A stretch of DNA of 64,000 nt from an uncultured virus (IMG/VR IMGVR_UViG_3300020048_000030) (lineage: Duplodnaviria; Heunggongvirae; Uroviricota; Caudoviricetes). The stretch lies in IMG/VR virus record IMGVR_UViG_3300020048_000030. One strand, written 5' to 3'. The notes beneath the pieces were generated by a model. That model ran no database searches. It worked only from the letters and a program-made list of their open reading frames with translations, and was not told where the DNA came from. Each line of letters starts with the position of its first letter. Within the stretch, counting starts at the first letter, position 1. The translations under genes and the position numbers were made by a program. Positions 1-9,210 of the stretch are shown here, piece by piece.

Positions 1-1
1 A

Positions 2-328
2 TCATTTTACAAATAGTTTAATATATTTTTCAAAAATAACTTGACATTGTTCTTTAGCTTCTTTTTTAGAAGAATATTTTTTACCTAAAATATTAAAATC
101 TAATTCATTTAAATTATTATCAAATATAGTAATTGGAAAAATTGTTGGTCTAATATAGAAATATGATGGTTCTCTAAATAATTCCACATAAGGAATATCA
201 AATACTTTAATACCATCACAAATAGCACTTATACCTCTCCAATAATTTTCTGTTGGTTTTTCATCAATATATTGTTCGATGAAATCTAATTTTTTTATTT
301 TCATTTTATAATGTATTAAGTTTAACAT
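2..328 (-). CDS. hypothetical protein
   Basis: ORF track; part of a tightly packed minus-strand small-gene cluster. Confidence 0.6.
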   Translation of the reverse strand: MLNLIHYKMKIKKLDFIEQYIDEKPTENYWRGISAICDGIKVFDIPYVELFREPSYFYIRPTIFPITIFDNNLNELDFNILGKKYSSKKEAKEQCQVIFEKYIKLFVK

Positions 329-605
329 TCCAATTAAAATATTTATCTATTGCTTCTTTGGACTGTATAATAGATACTGTAAGAAAACCAGTTTTAATTC
401 CACCTTTATCAACATATTTTAAAGAAGGAACTTCCCACTTACCAAAAGCACCTTGTGGAACATAAGCATTTCTTTTAATTTCATACCCACGATACATAAT
501 AGTTCTATCAAAGACTTTAATTTCATGTCTTCTAGAACCTTCATAACGGTCAAAATCTTTAAGTTTTTCTATATTAAGAAGACTAAAGTTTTTTGATTTA
601 TTCAT
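306..605 (-). CDS. hypothetical protein
   Basis: ORF track; TATCTTTG motif just upstream (627-634). Confidence 0.65.
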   Translation of the reverse strand: MNKSKNFSLLNIEKLKDFDRYEGSRRHEIKVFDRTIMYRGYEIKRNAYVPQGAFGKWEVPSLKYVDKGGIKTGFLTVSIIQSKEAIDKYFNWNVKLNTL

Positions 606-1176
606 TTTCTTTTGGTATTAATGATACAAAGATAAATAAAATAATTAACATTACAAAAAAATATGGATTAAAAAAACAAACTGACTCTTTTTTTAAAGAA
701 TCAGTTTGTTTTTCATTAATTAATGATGTTTTTTCATTTGAGACAGAATCAATTTTAAATTTAGATGAATATTTTTTATAATAATTATCTCTATCTATTG
801 TTAGAATTTTAACAAATGATTCACCTTCTGTTTTATAAATTTTTTCACAAAAATCTGATTTTTCTAATGCATTTGTTATTATTATAGATGAAAATAAATA
901 TGAATAATATAATTTAAAAGTAAAATTATAATCATTATATCTATAAAAAAATCTATGAATATCTATCTTATTATTTTTACCATCTTGATATATTTTATCG
1001 GCTCTTTCAAATATTTCAATTAATGTTGGTATTTCATCAACAGTAAAATTAATACTACCAATGTTTATAGACATATCATCATTATAATAAACACCATTAT
1101 TATAATTTTCAGAAAAATTTTGTGAATACATAACAGTTGTTATGAACAATTCTACTATAATTAAAAATTTTTTCAT
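598..1176 (-). CDS. exported/membrane-anchored hypothetical protein
   Basis: N-terminal MKKFLIIVELFITTVMYS-Q resembles a Bacteroidota signal peptide with +1 Gln; C-terminal hydrophobic segment. Confidence 0.6.
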   Translation of the reverse strand: MKKFLIIVELFITTVMYSQNFSENYNNGVYYNDDMSINIGSINFTVDEIPTLIEIFERADKIYQDGKNNKIDIHRFFYRYNDYNFTFKLYYSYLFSSIIITNALEKSDFCEKIYKTEGESFVKILTIDRDNYYKKYSSKFKIDSVSNEKTSLINEKQTDSLKKESVCFFNPYFFVMLIILFIFVSLIPKENE

Positions 1177-1331
1177 TATTTTGGATTTATTCCGGTCCCA
1201 TTACACTTCCTACAATTAATTTTTCTATAATCTCCTAATTTATTAAATATTGATACATATACAACTTTCCCAGTACCATAACATCTATCACATTTAATGC
1301 TTGTCGTTTTTAAGTTTTTTTTGTAAATCAT
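1176..1331 (-). CDS. small DnaJ-type zinc-finger protein (51 aa; not in ORF track)
   Basis: Manual translation: ...KCDRCYGTGK...NCRKCNGTGINPK*, two CxxCxGxG motifs; start uncertain. Confidence 0.65.
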   Translation of the reverse strand: MIYKKNLKTTSIKCDRCYGTGKVVYVSIFNKLGDYRKINCRKCNGTGINPK

Positions 1332-1551
1332 GATGAATCTTATTTATTTTTAATGCCCTTGAGCATTTGTCACAATAAATCACTAATTCACTTCCATTTG
1401 ATATAACATAATTCTCTATAACTATTTGACTACTAATAACATTCCAACCATCTGGGATTTTTGGTGCAAATTCTTCATTAACTTTACAAATTGTATATTC
1501 ACTAAATATAACACACTTATCACAAACAAAACCACCTAATTTAAATCCCAT
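1294..1551 (-). CDS. small zinc-binding hypothetical protein
   Basis: Two CDKC motifs; C-terminal RALKINKI tail. Confidence 0.65.
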   Translation of the reverse strand: MGFKLGGFVCDKCVIFSEYTICKVNEEFAPKIPDGWNVISSQIVIENYVISNGSELVIYCDKCSRALKINKIHHDLQKKLKNDKH

Positions 1552-1852
1552 TTATTTTTCTTTTAATAGTACTTATCTTTTTACTTCTTATTTCTTCAAT
1601 TGGTTTCAAATATATTACAAATAATGATTTTTCTTTTATTGTATATATAAAGGATATGATCTCAGAATATTCCTCTTTTATTGATTTTCTTAAATTTTCA
1701 ACATGATAATTATCAACACCTTTTGATACTTGAACTTGAATACCTGTAAATTCTTCTTTTATATAATCAATACTACAATTTGAATATATTGTTATGGGAT
1801 ATACCATATAATTTTCAATAAAATCTATTAATTCTTTATGTTCTTTTAACAT
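1541..1852 (-). CDS. hypothetical protein with RxxKI tail
   Basis: ORF track; ends IRSKKISTIKRKI. Confidence 0.65.
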   Translation of the reverse strand: MLKEHKELIDFIENYMVYPITIYSNCSIDYIKEEFTGIQVQVSKGVDNYHVENLRKSIKEEYSEIISFIYTIKEKSLFVIYLKPIEEIRSKKISTIKRKINGI

Positions 1853-2481
1853 AGTTCTAAATATTTTTTTGGAACATATTCAGTTAACCATACTTGATTT
1901 TCAGATAGATAAAATTTAAATCCATCCTTAAACATTTTTTCAGCTTCCACTTTAAAAATAGTAGGATCAAGATGTTTTGAATGTCTTTTACCAACAATAT
2001 CTGCAGTTCTTTCATCTGCAGAAAGATGTACGTGTTGTCTTTTCATTTTACTAAGACCACCACTTTTCAAAATTTCCTTTACAAAAGAAGGTGATGTACC
2101 ATGATATAAATACTTAGGTGGTTGTACTTCCTTTAACTGAACATCTACATCAATACTATGACCTTGACTAGCTCTTATTTTAGTTAAATCATCACTGAAT
2201 ACAAATCTCTTCTTATCATTTTCTTTGACAACTTCTTTTAAATCATCAATAGACATATCTAATTTCTTCAATACATCTTTAACAAATACCCAACCATTTG
2301 CATCCATATACAAATCTTCTGGATTGTGTCTAAGTAAATAAGATAAAGTTTTACTCTTTCTCATCAAATTTAACTTACTCATTTTATCATACCTATCTTC
2401 CATTTTAAAATATTCCTCATATTTAGTTTCTAACATTGGCGGTATTCCATCTTTTAACATCTTTGGTGTAATCCTGTGCAC
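1846..2481 (-). CDS. kptA: RNA 2'-phosphotransferase (KptA/Tpt1 family)
   Basis: SKTLSYLLRH, KKRF, IRASQGHS, LYHGT, RQHVHLS, SENQVWLT motifs; true start may be the ATG at 2382. Confidence 0.93.
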   Translation of the reverse strand: MHRITPKMLKDGIPPMLETKYEEYFKMEDRYDKMSKLNLMRKSKTLSYLLRHNPEDLYMDANGWVFVKDVLKKLDMSIDDLKEVVKENDKKRFVFSDDLTKIRASQGHSIDVDVQLKEVQPPKYLYHGTSPSFVKEILKSGGLSKMKRQHVHLSADERTADIVGKRHSKHLDPTIFKVEAEKMFKDGFKFYLSENQVWLTEYVPKKYLELC

Positions 2482-2513
2482 TTTCCATAAGGATTCTTTT
2501 TTATACCACTACA

Positions 2514-2521
2514 CAAAGATA
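2514..2521 (-). promoter_or_regulatory. Bacteroidota-type sigma70 -7 element TAnnTTTG (also 627-634, 10131-10138, 11101-11108, 17670-17677, 17865-17872, 25883-25890)
   Basis: TATCTTTG/TATATTTG recurs on the minus strand shortly upstream of gene starts. Confidence 0.7.
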
Positions 2522-2549
2522 GTGATATTATTTTAATTTATCTATTATT

Positions 2550-2753
2550 TTATTTAATTTTATTTGGGTGAACAAAATAGCATAAGTTCTTTTTAGCTTT
2601 TTTTAATGAATCAAATGTATCTTGACAAGCAGCACCAGCCATACTATTTACCCATGCATCTACCCACCACCATCTGAATAAAAAATGTTTTTGTTGAATA
2701 ACATAAGATACCCTACCATCAACATATTTTCTTTTTACTATTCTTGTTTTCAT
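2550..2753 (-). CDS. hypothetical protein
   Basis: ORF track; overlaps upstream gene by 4 nt. Confidence 0.65.
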   Translation of the reverse strand: MKTRIVKRKYVDGRVSYVIQQKHFLFRWWWVDAWVNSMAGAACQDTFDSLKKAKKNLCYFVHPNKIK

Positions 2754-2953
2754 TTTAATTTACCTATTATTTTATTTAATTTATCTTTTCTGAAATATAT
2801 TTCATCTTCCTTTTTATGCATTACACACCAATCTTCATATGTTAATTCAGACATTTTTTTAATATCTTCTAAATTATCTATACGTTTTAGTGTTTCTTGA
2901 TAATAATATCTAGTTTCACGCATATATCTGTTATATTCAACCTTGTACTTCAT
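2750..2953 (-). CDS. hypothetical protein with RxxKL tail
   Basis: Ends FRKDKLNKIIGKLK. Confidence 0.65.
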   Translation of the reverse strand: MKYKVEYNRYMRETRYYYQETLKRIDNLEDIKKMSELTYEDWCVMHKKEDEIYFRKDKLNKIIGKLK

Positions 2954-3092
2954 CTGGTGTTTTTCTTAATTCTTCTGATTTTTCTTGTATTAAATTAATA
3001 ATAGCAATCTGAATATGTTTCATTTCATATTGAATTTCTGGTGTTTGTTCTAAAGTTCTTAGATAATCTAATCTTTCAAATAAATCTTTCAT
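2937..3092 (-). CDS. small hypothetical protein (51 aa; not in ORF track)
   Basis: Manual translation MKDLFERLDYLRTLEQTPEIQ...; fills the gap in the operon. Confidence 0.55.
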   Translation of the reverse strand: MKDLFERLDYLRTLEQTPEIQYEMKHIQIAIINLIQEKSEELRKTPDEVQG

Positions 3093-3093
3093 A

Positions 3094-3342
3094 TTAATCA
3101 TTTTTAGTTATTGTTATTGTGTTTGTAATATATATTATTGGTTTTGGTATTGATACATGAAAATTATATGTACTATTATCATAATTAATATCAATTGTTA
3201 TACCCTGATATTTTTTTTCTAACCAAAATTTTATTCCACTGGGTATAGTATTATATAATGATTCAGTAATATCTTTTTCAATTTGATGAATTAATCTATG
3301 ATACTTAATCCTTTGTAATTTATATGTTATATCTTCTTTCAT
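3094..3342 (-). CDS. hypothetical protein
   Basis: ORF track; N-terminal KLQRIKYHRL. Confidence 0.6.
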   Translation of the reverse strand: MKEDITYKLQRIKYHRLIHQIEKDITESLYNTIPSGIKFWLEKKYQGITIDINYDNSTYNFHVSIPKPIIYITNTITITKND

Positions 3343-3872
3343 GGTTTATAATGTACTATTGTTACTGTCATATCACTTGAACATTCATCTCTTATTATTG
3401 TATGAATTCTATCCCAATCTCCACCAGCTAAACCGGCTCCGATTAATGGTAATCCTAAATGTTTTCCTTTAAAAAGATAATTCATCTTTCTCATACATAA
3501 TGTAATTGCTTCATAATCTACTGGAGTAGAAACACCATCTTTATGATTTTTACCATAATGATATTGTGTATAGGCATTTACCACAATAAGTTCTTTACCT
3601 ATGGATTTTAAATAATCATCAGTAACATAATGTGACATAGCTATACCAATTGGTACTTGATGAATTGATTCATAATTTATAGTTCCAAGTTTATTAATAT
3701 CACCTTTATAATTTGGGCCTTCCATTAAAAATTCATCACATCCAAATGCTTTTGCCATCTGTGGAGCAATACCCGCACCCATTTCGCAAAAACAATTCAC
3801 GCCATGTGCAATAACATCAAAGTAACCTTCTTTTGCGAGTTTGATAAGATCTCCATCTATTTGTTTCATCAT
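3339..3872 (-). CDS. macro domain (Appr-1-p processing) protein
   Basis: GDL...IAHGVNCFCEMGAGIA, VNAYTQ, PLIGAGLAGGDW. Confidence 0.88.
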   Translation of the reverse strand: MMKQIDGDLIKLAKEGYFDVIAHGVNCFCEMGAGIAPQMAKAFGCDEFLMEGPNYKGDINKLGTINYESIHQVPIGIAMSHYVTDDYLKSIGKELIVVNAYTQYHYGKNHKDGVSTPVDYEAITLCMRKMNYLFKGKHLGLPLIGAGLAGGDWDRIHTIIRDECSSDMTVTIVHYKP

Positions 3873-4017
3873 ATTATTTGTTTTTATTATTTAAAATCAT
3901 AATAATTATATTTTAAAAATAATTAAAAGTTTTAATAATTATTTTCAAAAATGGAAAAATATGACCTTTTTTGTTTAATATATACTTATACAAATTAAAA
4001 ATAGATTAGTTGTATAA

Positions 4018-5221
4018 ATGAAAACATATCCAATAAGAATAAATCCTACATTAGAACAAATGAAAATGTTAATAGAATTATCTTCTATTAGAAAGGATAT
4101 ATGGAATAAATTACTTGATATACAACAACAATCTTATGAAACAAATAAATCTATATTTAATAAGTTTGATTTAAATAATATGTTACCTGAATTAAAAGAA
4201 CAATATCCAAGTTGGAAAAAATTAAATTCAAAAGCAGTTCAAACTATTGCTACTGAATTATATGGTTCTTATAGATCATTTTTTAATTTAATTAAAAAGG
4301 ATAAAACAGCAAGACCGCCGAATAAAATTGAAGATGATAATAATTTTCATACTATAACTTGGAACCAATCTGGATGGATATTACAACCAAATAATATAAT
4401 TATTATTAATAAGATACCATTTAATTATAAATCAAAAGTTAGTCTTGAAGATTTAAAGATTAAAGAAATGAGAATTAAATTTGTAAGAAATAAATGGTTA
4501 GTTGATTATGTTGTAGAAGAAAATGTAGAATATAAAGATAAAATAGAGATAGAGACAAAAATATTAGCAATAGATTTAGGTTTAGATAAGTTAGGTGTAG
4601 GAATAGATAATAAAGGAAAGGCTATATTTATGCCAAATAAATCTAAAAAGATAAATCATTATNNNNNNNNNNAAGAAAAATAATAGAAAATTTAAAAAAT
4701 TAAAAAAGACACTAAATAAAATCTACTACAAAAAAAATGAACAAATAAAACATACTCTTCATACACAGAGTAGGATGTTATCGTGTATGAACTATAATAC
4801 AATTATAGTTGGTGATCTTAAAGTAAAAAAATTGATGGCAACAGAAGGTGTAAATGAAAAGAAAAAAGGAATAAGAAAATCATTTCATCAGTCAAATATC
4901 AATCAATTTTTACAATACTTATCATATAAATGTCAATCAAAAAACACAAATCTTGTTAAAATTGGTGAACAATATACAACACAATTAAATTGTTTAACTG
5001 GAAAAATGTTTGATAAAAAAGTAGAATTAAAGGATAGACAAGTAGAATTAAGTAAAGACATCATTATTGATCGTGATTTAAACTCAGCCATAAACATATT
5101 AAATCGTTGGTTTGAACATCACCTTGCTGGTATGAACCAGCCTTTGGATATTTCCAGAGTTCTTCAAATTTATAATTTGAAGGAAACCACTACACCTTTA
5201 AGTGTAGTTGGTAGTTCATAG
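4018..5221 (+). mobile_element. tnpB: solo IS200/IS605-family TnpB RNA-guided endonuclease (one gene spanning a scaffold gap)
   Basis: KTYPIRINPT N-terminus, RuvC-I ILAIDLG, IIVGDL, YTTQ, RuvC-III DRDLNSAINI; frame is open from the N-gap (4673) into ORF 4775; 3' hairpin and GTAGTTCA right end. Confidence 0.85.
5183..5218 (+). ncRNA. 3' end of putative TnpB omegaRNA / element right end
   Basis: ACTACAC-ctttaa-GTGTAGT hairpin followed by TGGTAGTTCA, overlapping the tnpB 3' end. Confidence 0.6.
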
Positions 5222-5222
5222 T

Positions 5223-5837
5223 TTATTTTTTAGTAATAAGTTGTTCAAATTTTATTTTAATTGGTAAATATTTTTCTTTGTAATATTTCCAATCAGATAC
5301 TTCATTATCATAATCTTCTTTTAACATATCCCAAATATCATTTGCAGAAGAAAAATCTGTAATCTTTCCATTCTCAATTATTTGATGGAAAAATTGTAGT
5401 ATTCTAATGGAATGAAAAATTCCTTTTGTTCCCCTATATAAATCACCATCAATAATTTTATCTTTTGCTTTATTAAATGAATTATAAGATTGTGTCATAC
5501 CTTTATAAATCAACATGTCAGGTTTTAATTGAAAAGTTTTATCCGGTAAAACTAATTTTTCTTGTAATTTAGTATCTGGTGGTGCATAAATACATTCTAA
5601 ATATTGCATTTGATATTCTTTTAATCCATCAAGAAACACACTTGGAATGTGAACATGAATATTATATTCTTTATGTCTTATTTCTTGTTTCTCCATCATA
5701 GATGAAGCAAGAACAATAAAATCATAATCAGAAAATTCATTTGCAGTTCCATAAACATGTGAACCAAACATATAGATATTCTTTACTTTTAAAGGATGTA
5801 TCTTTATTATTTCAATAATTTCTTTAGGTGTTATCAT
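5223..5837 (-). CDS. Pol-beta-superfamily nucleotidyltransferase
   Basis: YMFGSHVYGTANEFSDYDF (GS...DxD). Confidence 0.82.
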   Translation of the reverse strand: MITPKEIIEIIKIHPLKVKNIYMFGSHVYGTANEFSDYDFIVLASSMMEKQEIRHKEYNIHVHIPSVFLDGLKEYQMQYLECIYAPPDTKLQEKLVLPDKTFQLKPDMLIYKGMTQSYNSFNKAKDKIIDGDLYRGTKGIFHSIRILQFFHQIIENGKITDFSSANDIWDMLKEDYDNEVSDWKYYKEKYLPIKIKFEQLITKK

Positions 5838-6011
5838 TTTATTTTATTTATAATCTTATTTAATTTCTGTTATCTTTTTCTTAATTTATAATAATCAGAT
5901 TGTAATATTAATTTTACTCCAATTTGTCTATCATTTGGATTATTCATATTATAAATAGTTTGTTCAGTAAAATTATTATCAATAAAATAATCTACTAAAT
6001 CTTTTTGATAA

Positions 6012-6215
6012 TTATATAATTTTTTTTCGTATTTTATTTATAATTTTATCTAATTTCCTTTTTCTCAATGAAGTTTTTAAATAATTAGATTCTAAAATAG
6101 ATGTTCTACCAGCAACTTCAAATCTTGATAAGTCATCTAAGATTTCTTTTTCACTGATATCTTTACTCATAAGTAAATTAATAAGTCCTATTTGATAATC
6201 TAATAATTCTTTCAT
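6012..6215 (-). CDS. hypothetical protein with RxxKL tail
   Basis: Ends LRKRKLDKIINKI. Confidence 0.65.
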   Translation of the reverse strand: MKELLDYQIGLINLLMSKDISEKEILDDLSRFEVAGRTSILESNYLKTSLRKRKLDKIINKIRKKII

Positions 6216-6216
6216 A

Positions 6217-6387
6217 TTATTTAATTTTTACAAAATGTTCCCATCTATATTCAGTTTCATTATGATTTTTAATATGGAAAACTAACCCCATTTCTCCATC
6301 AATACGATAAACCATTTTCCAACTACCATCACCTTTATATCCAACATATTTAGGTGGATATTCTGACGAATCTATTATATTTTTCAT
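6217..6387 (-). CDS. small hypothetical protein (56 aa; not in ORF track)
   Basis: Manual translation MKNIIDSSEYPPKYVGYKGDGSW...; ATGA overlap with the upstream gene. Confidence 0.6.
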   Translation of the reverse strand: MKNIIDSSEYPPKYVGYKGDGSWKMVYRIDGEMGLVFHIKNHNETEYRWEHFVKIK

Positions 6388-6785
6388 AAATTTTTATTTA
6401 TCTTTTCTATCTTTTTTCTTCTAAGATAATCATTTTTTAATTTAATATATTCTTCATCTTCAAATAAATTATCACCCCAAGCACCTTCACCCATATAAAT
6501 TTTGTCTCTCTGTTTAAGTTTAACTACTTTTTTAAGAAAACTTTCAAGGTCAAAATTATTCATTGAAGTATAACACCAAATAGCAAAATCATCTTCTTTA
6601 ATATTCCATTCTTCATAATATTCATAGAATGGTTCTTTACCTTCTTGTTTTAATTTTTTATCTATTTCCATACCTATATTGATATGGTCATAAATCATTT
6701 CTTTTTGTTTATCAGTAATTTTATCTAGCTGAATTATAAAACTACTTGAACTACTATTACTTACAAAACCATTTCTTATTTTCAT
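6384..6785 (-). CDS. MKIRNGFVSNSSSSSF-leader family protein
   Basis: Start corrected to 6785 by identity with the start of 9211..9819; RRKKIEKI tail. Confidence 0.75.
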   Translation of the reverse strand: MKIRNGFVSNSSSSSFIIQLDKITDKQKEMIYDHINIGMEIDKKLKQEGKEPFYEYYEEWNIKEDDFAIWCYTSMNNFDLESFLKKVVKLKQRDKIYMGEGAWGDNLFEDEEYIKLKNDYLRRKKIEKINKNL

Positions 6786-6790
6786 TTCTT

Positions 6791-7147
6791 TTAATTGTTT
6801 TTTATTAATTGAGATTCTATACCATCTATTACACCCCATTCATCAACATCTGGTGATATATCCTTTTTAATTATATGTTCTTCCACCATCAATTTTACAA
6901 ATGATTGAACTTGTTGGTAATTCATAGAAAATTCATTTTCTAAAATTGACCAAAATTTTCTATAATGACAACCAAAATATCCATTTTCTAAATTATAATC
7001 AAATAATAAAACATTATTATGTTTATAATATTTTTTATTAGGATAAGAAGGATGATAGTATTCTACTAAATTAGTAAAAATATCATAACAATACCTTTCT
7101 TCCGGGTGCATCCTATGATATTTTATTTTTTTAATTTTGTCTAACAT
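6791..7147 (-). CDS. hypothetical protein
   Basis: ORF track; N-terminal KIKKIKYHRM. Confidence 0.65.
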   Translation of the reverse strand: MLDKIKKIKYHRMHPEERYCYDIFTNLVEYYHPSYPNKKYYKHNNVLLFDYNLENGYFGCHYRKFWSILENEFSMNYQQVQSFVKLMVEEHIIKKDISPDVDEWGVIDGIESQLIKNN

Positions 7148-7635
7148 TTATCTTTTAATTTATTTATTTTTATTCTTCTTAAATAAACTTTAACAAATTT
7201 ATGATTATCAATTTTCTCTTTGTCAATATGTGTCATACAATTTAAAGTACAGACACATTCATTATTACCAAATGATACATTTTTTATTAATTTACATGAA
7301 TCATATTTATCTCTATCCCAAAAATCAAAATCTTTATGTGGACAATTTGATTTTATAAATTCTATTAATTTTTGTTTTTCTTTTTTTCTAATATAAATAT
7401 CTTTTGCTTCACTATAACTTATTTTATGTGTAAAATATCTTTTATCTATTCGTTTAATAATAATATTATTTTCTTCATCTTTTAATATATAATCATCATA
7501 ATCTTTATTATAATTCATAATTATTAATTCATGACCTTTTGTAATAGTTACATATTCACGTTCAATATCTTTAATTAGTACAACAATCTGACCAATTAAA
7601 TATTCATCATTATTACTATTTATTGGTATTATCAT
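7141..7635 (-). CDS. hypothetical Cys-containing protein with RxxKI tail
   Basis: SH3-like N-terminus (inferred), Cys cluster, ends LRRIKINKL. Confidence 0.65.
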   Translation of the reverse strand: MIIPINSNNDEYLIGQIVVLIKDIEREYVTITKGHELIIMNYNKDYDDYILKDEENNIIIKRIDKRYFTHKISYSEAKDIYIRKKEKQKLIEFIKSNCPHKDFDFWDRDKYDSCKLIKNVSFGNNECVCTLNCMTHIDKEKIDNHKFVKVYLRRIKINKLKDKC

Positions 7636-8426
7636 ATTTTACTTTTGATATTACTAATTTTCTTAAATCTTTCTTTTTCTAATTTGTGTTCACTATTGAA
7701 TTTCTCAACCCCCCTTGGTATTACACCATCTTTAGTTTCTAATATATAACTTTTTTTCTTCATTATAAATATACCAGGGTGATATTCAATTTTATATGGT
7801 AATTGTAATGGTAGTATATATTTATTTAGTATTACTTTATCTAAAAAGTCAAAATAAATTACATCAGTATCAATATATATTAAGTTATTTGGATAATTAT
7901 CAAATAAATCAATTAATACATCTTTATAATAAGGAATAACTAAATTTAATCCATCTACTTTTATTATAGAATTATTATTTGTACCAGCGCTATATGTATA
8001 ATTTATTATAAAATTCAATAATGATTTATTATTTCCCATTAATTTATCTTTAATTGATTCTTTATTTTCAACTAAAAATTTAAATAAAACACCAAATTCT
8101 TTAATATTAAATTTTAATAATTCTTGTTCCCATAATTTAATTATAATATTTGGATATAAATGTATAAATTGAACTTCAGTAATATCCTTCATCCATACAT
8201 TAGTCATTTTTTTATTTAATAAAATAACTCCTGAATCAAAATTATTTTTTTCTCTAATATGAAAATCTTTAACTTGTTGATAATCAAAGAAATTATCCAA
8301 TAGTGATTTAATAATAGTGTGATAAATTTTTAAATTATTTGGATTATACATCATAAAGTTATAATCTGAAAGATGTGAATTATTCAGAACCTTAACTACA
8401 TTATCAATATTTAAAACTTCTATCAT
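7632..8426 (-). CDS. compact, degenerate family-B polymerase palm-like protein
   Basis: EVQFIHLYPNII (motif A-like), FIINYTYS (motif B-like), IYIDTDVIY (motif C), KKKSYI, RGV. Confidence 0.72.
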   Translation of the reverse strand: MIEVLNIDNVVKVLNNSHLSDYNFMMYNPNNLKIYHTIIKSLLDNFFDYQQVKDFHIREKNNFDSGVILLNKKMTNVWMKDITEVQFIHLYPNIIIKLWEQELLKFNIKEFGVLFKFLVENKESIKDKLMGNNKSLLNFIINYTYSAGTNNNSIIKVDGLNLVIPYYKDVLIDLFDNYPNNLIYIDTDVIYFDFLDKVILNKYILPLQLPYKIEYHPGIFIMKKKSYILETKDGVIPRGVEKFNSEHKLEKERFKKISNIKSKI

Positions 8427-8432
8427 TTAAAT

Positions 8433-8624
8433 TTATTTTAATTTAGCATATGATCTAATAGTCATTAAACCAAATGGTGTTAATTCTTCCACTTCTTTTA
8501 TACACTGATTAATAGAATAGGATTTATGACCTGTTAAAATATATGGTTTATCTTTATCTATTTTTTTATTATTTAGGTCATCTAATACTAATTGTTTATA
8601 CTTAACTAATTTTTCTTTTCTCAT
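8433..8624 (-). CDS. hypothetical protein
   Basis: ORF track. Confidence 0.55.
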   Translation of the reverse strand: MRKEKLVKYKQLVLDDLNNKKIDKDKPYILTGHKSYSINQCIKEVEELTPFGLMTIRSYAKLK

Positions 8625-9199
8625 ACTGTTATTTTTATTGAATTCATTATCTTTTTAAGTTTGTGTTCTCTTTCTAAATCTTTGATTATATCCAATTTTG
8701 GGTGAATTATAATATCATCTTTAATATTTAAAGACTTATCTTCTACTTGATAATCATGAATTGTAAAAACACTTCTATCATAATTTGGAAAACCACTAGT
8801 TAATCTTATAAGTAAATTAAATATTTTATTATGTGCATTAATTTCATTATCATTTAATATGTTAAATATTTTTCTTCCAAATGTAAATAACATTATTTTA
8901 TCATTTAATTGTGGATTAATAAAATCATTAATAATTTTCACATAAGTATGATATCTTGTTGTTCTATGAAAATCTTTAATTTCTTTATACCTATTTAAAA
9001 ATTGTTCTTTTTTATTAAATAATTGTAAATCATCATCAATACTAAACATTGATTGTTTACCATTTTGAAAAGTAACCCAATATTCAGAACTTCTAAAAAA
9101 ATTCTTTTTAAAATCATCATTTATTTTCACAAATGCAATTTCTGATAAATAAATATCATTACTACTAGATAATGTAGTATACTTATTATATTTTTCCAT
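8621..9199 (-). CDS. truncated T4 gp32-like ssDNA-binding protein paralog
   Basis: RYHTYVKIINDFINPQLNDKIMLFTFGRKIF and SGFPNYDRSVF match the recalled gp32 core (YWANILVVKDP..PENEGKVFKYRFGKKI; SGFSNYDESKF). Confidence 0.72.
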   Translation of the reverse strand: MEKYNKYTTLSSSNDIYLSEIAFVKINDDFKKNFFRSSEYWVTFQNGKQSMFSIDDDLQLFNKKEQFLNRYKEIKDFHRTTRYHTYVKIINDFINPQLNDKIMLFTFGRKIFNILNDNEINAHNKIFNLLIRLTSGFPNYDRSVFTIHDYQVEDKSLNIKDDIIIHPKLDIIKDLEREHKLKKIMNSIKITV

Positions 9200-9210
9200 A
9201 ATATTTATTT

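Noticed and set aside
4663..4775. TnpB as two genes or a pseudogene
   Set aside because: The break coincides with an N-gap of arbitrary length, and the downstream frame is open from the gap
5838..6011. Possible frameshifted paralog of 6012..6215 (YQKDLVDYF...LQSDYYKLRK / KITEIKIRL)
   Set aside because: No clear start codon and only weak similarity; cannot distinguish a pseudogene from an assembly error
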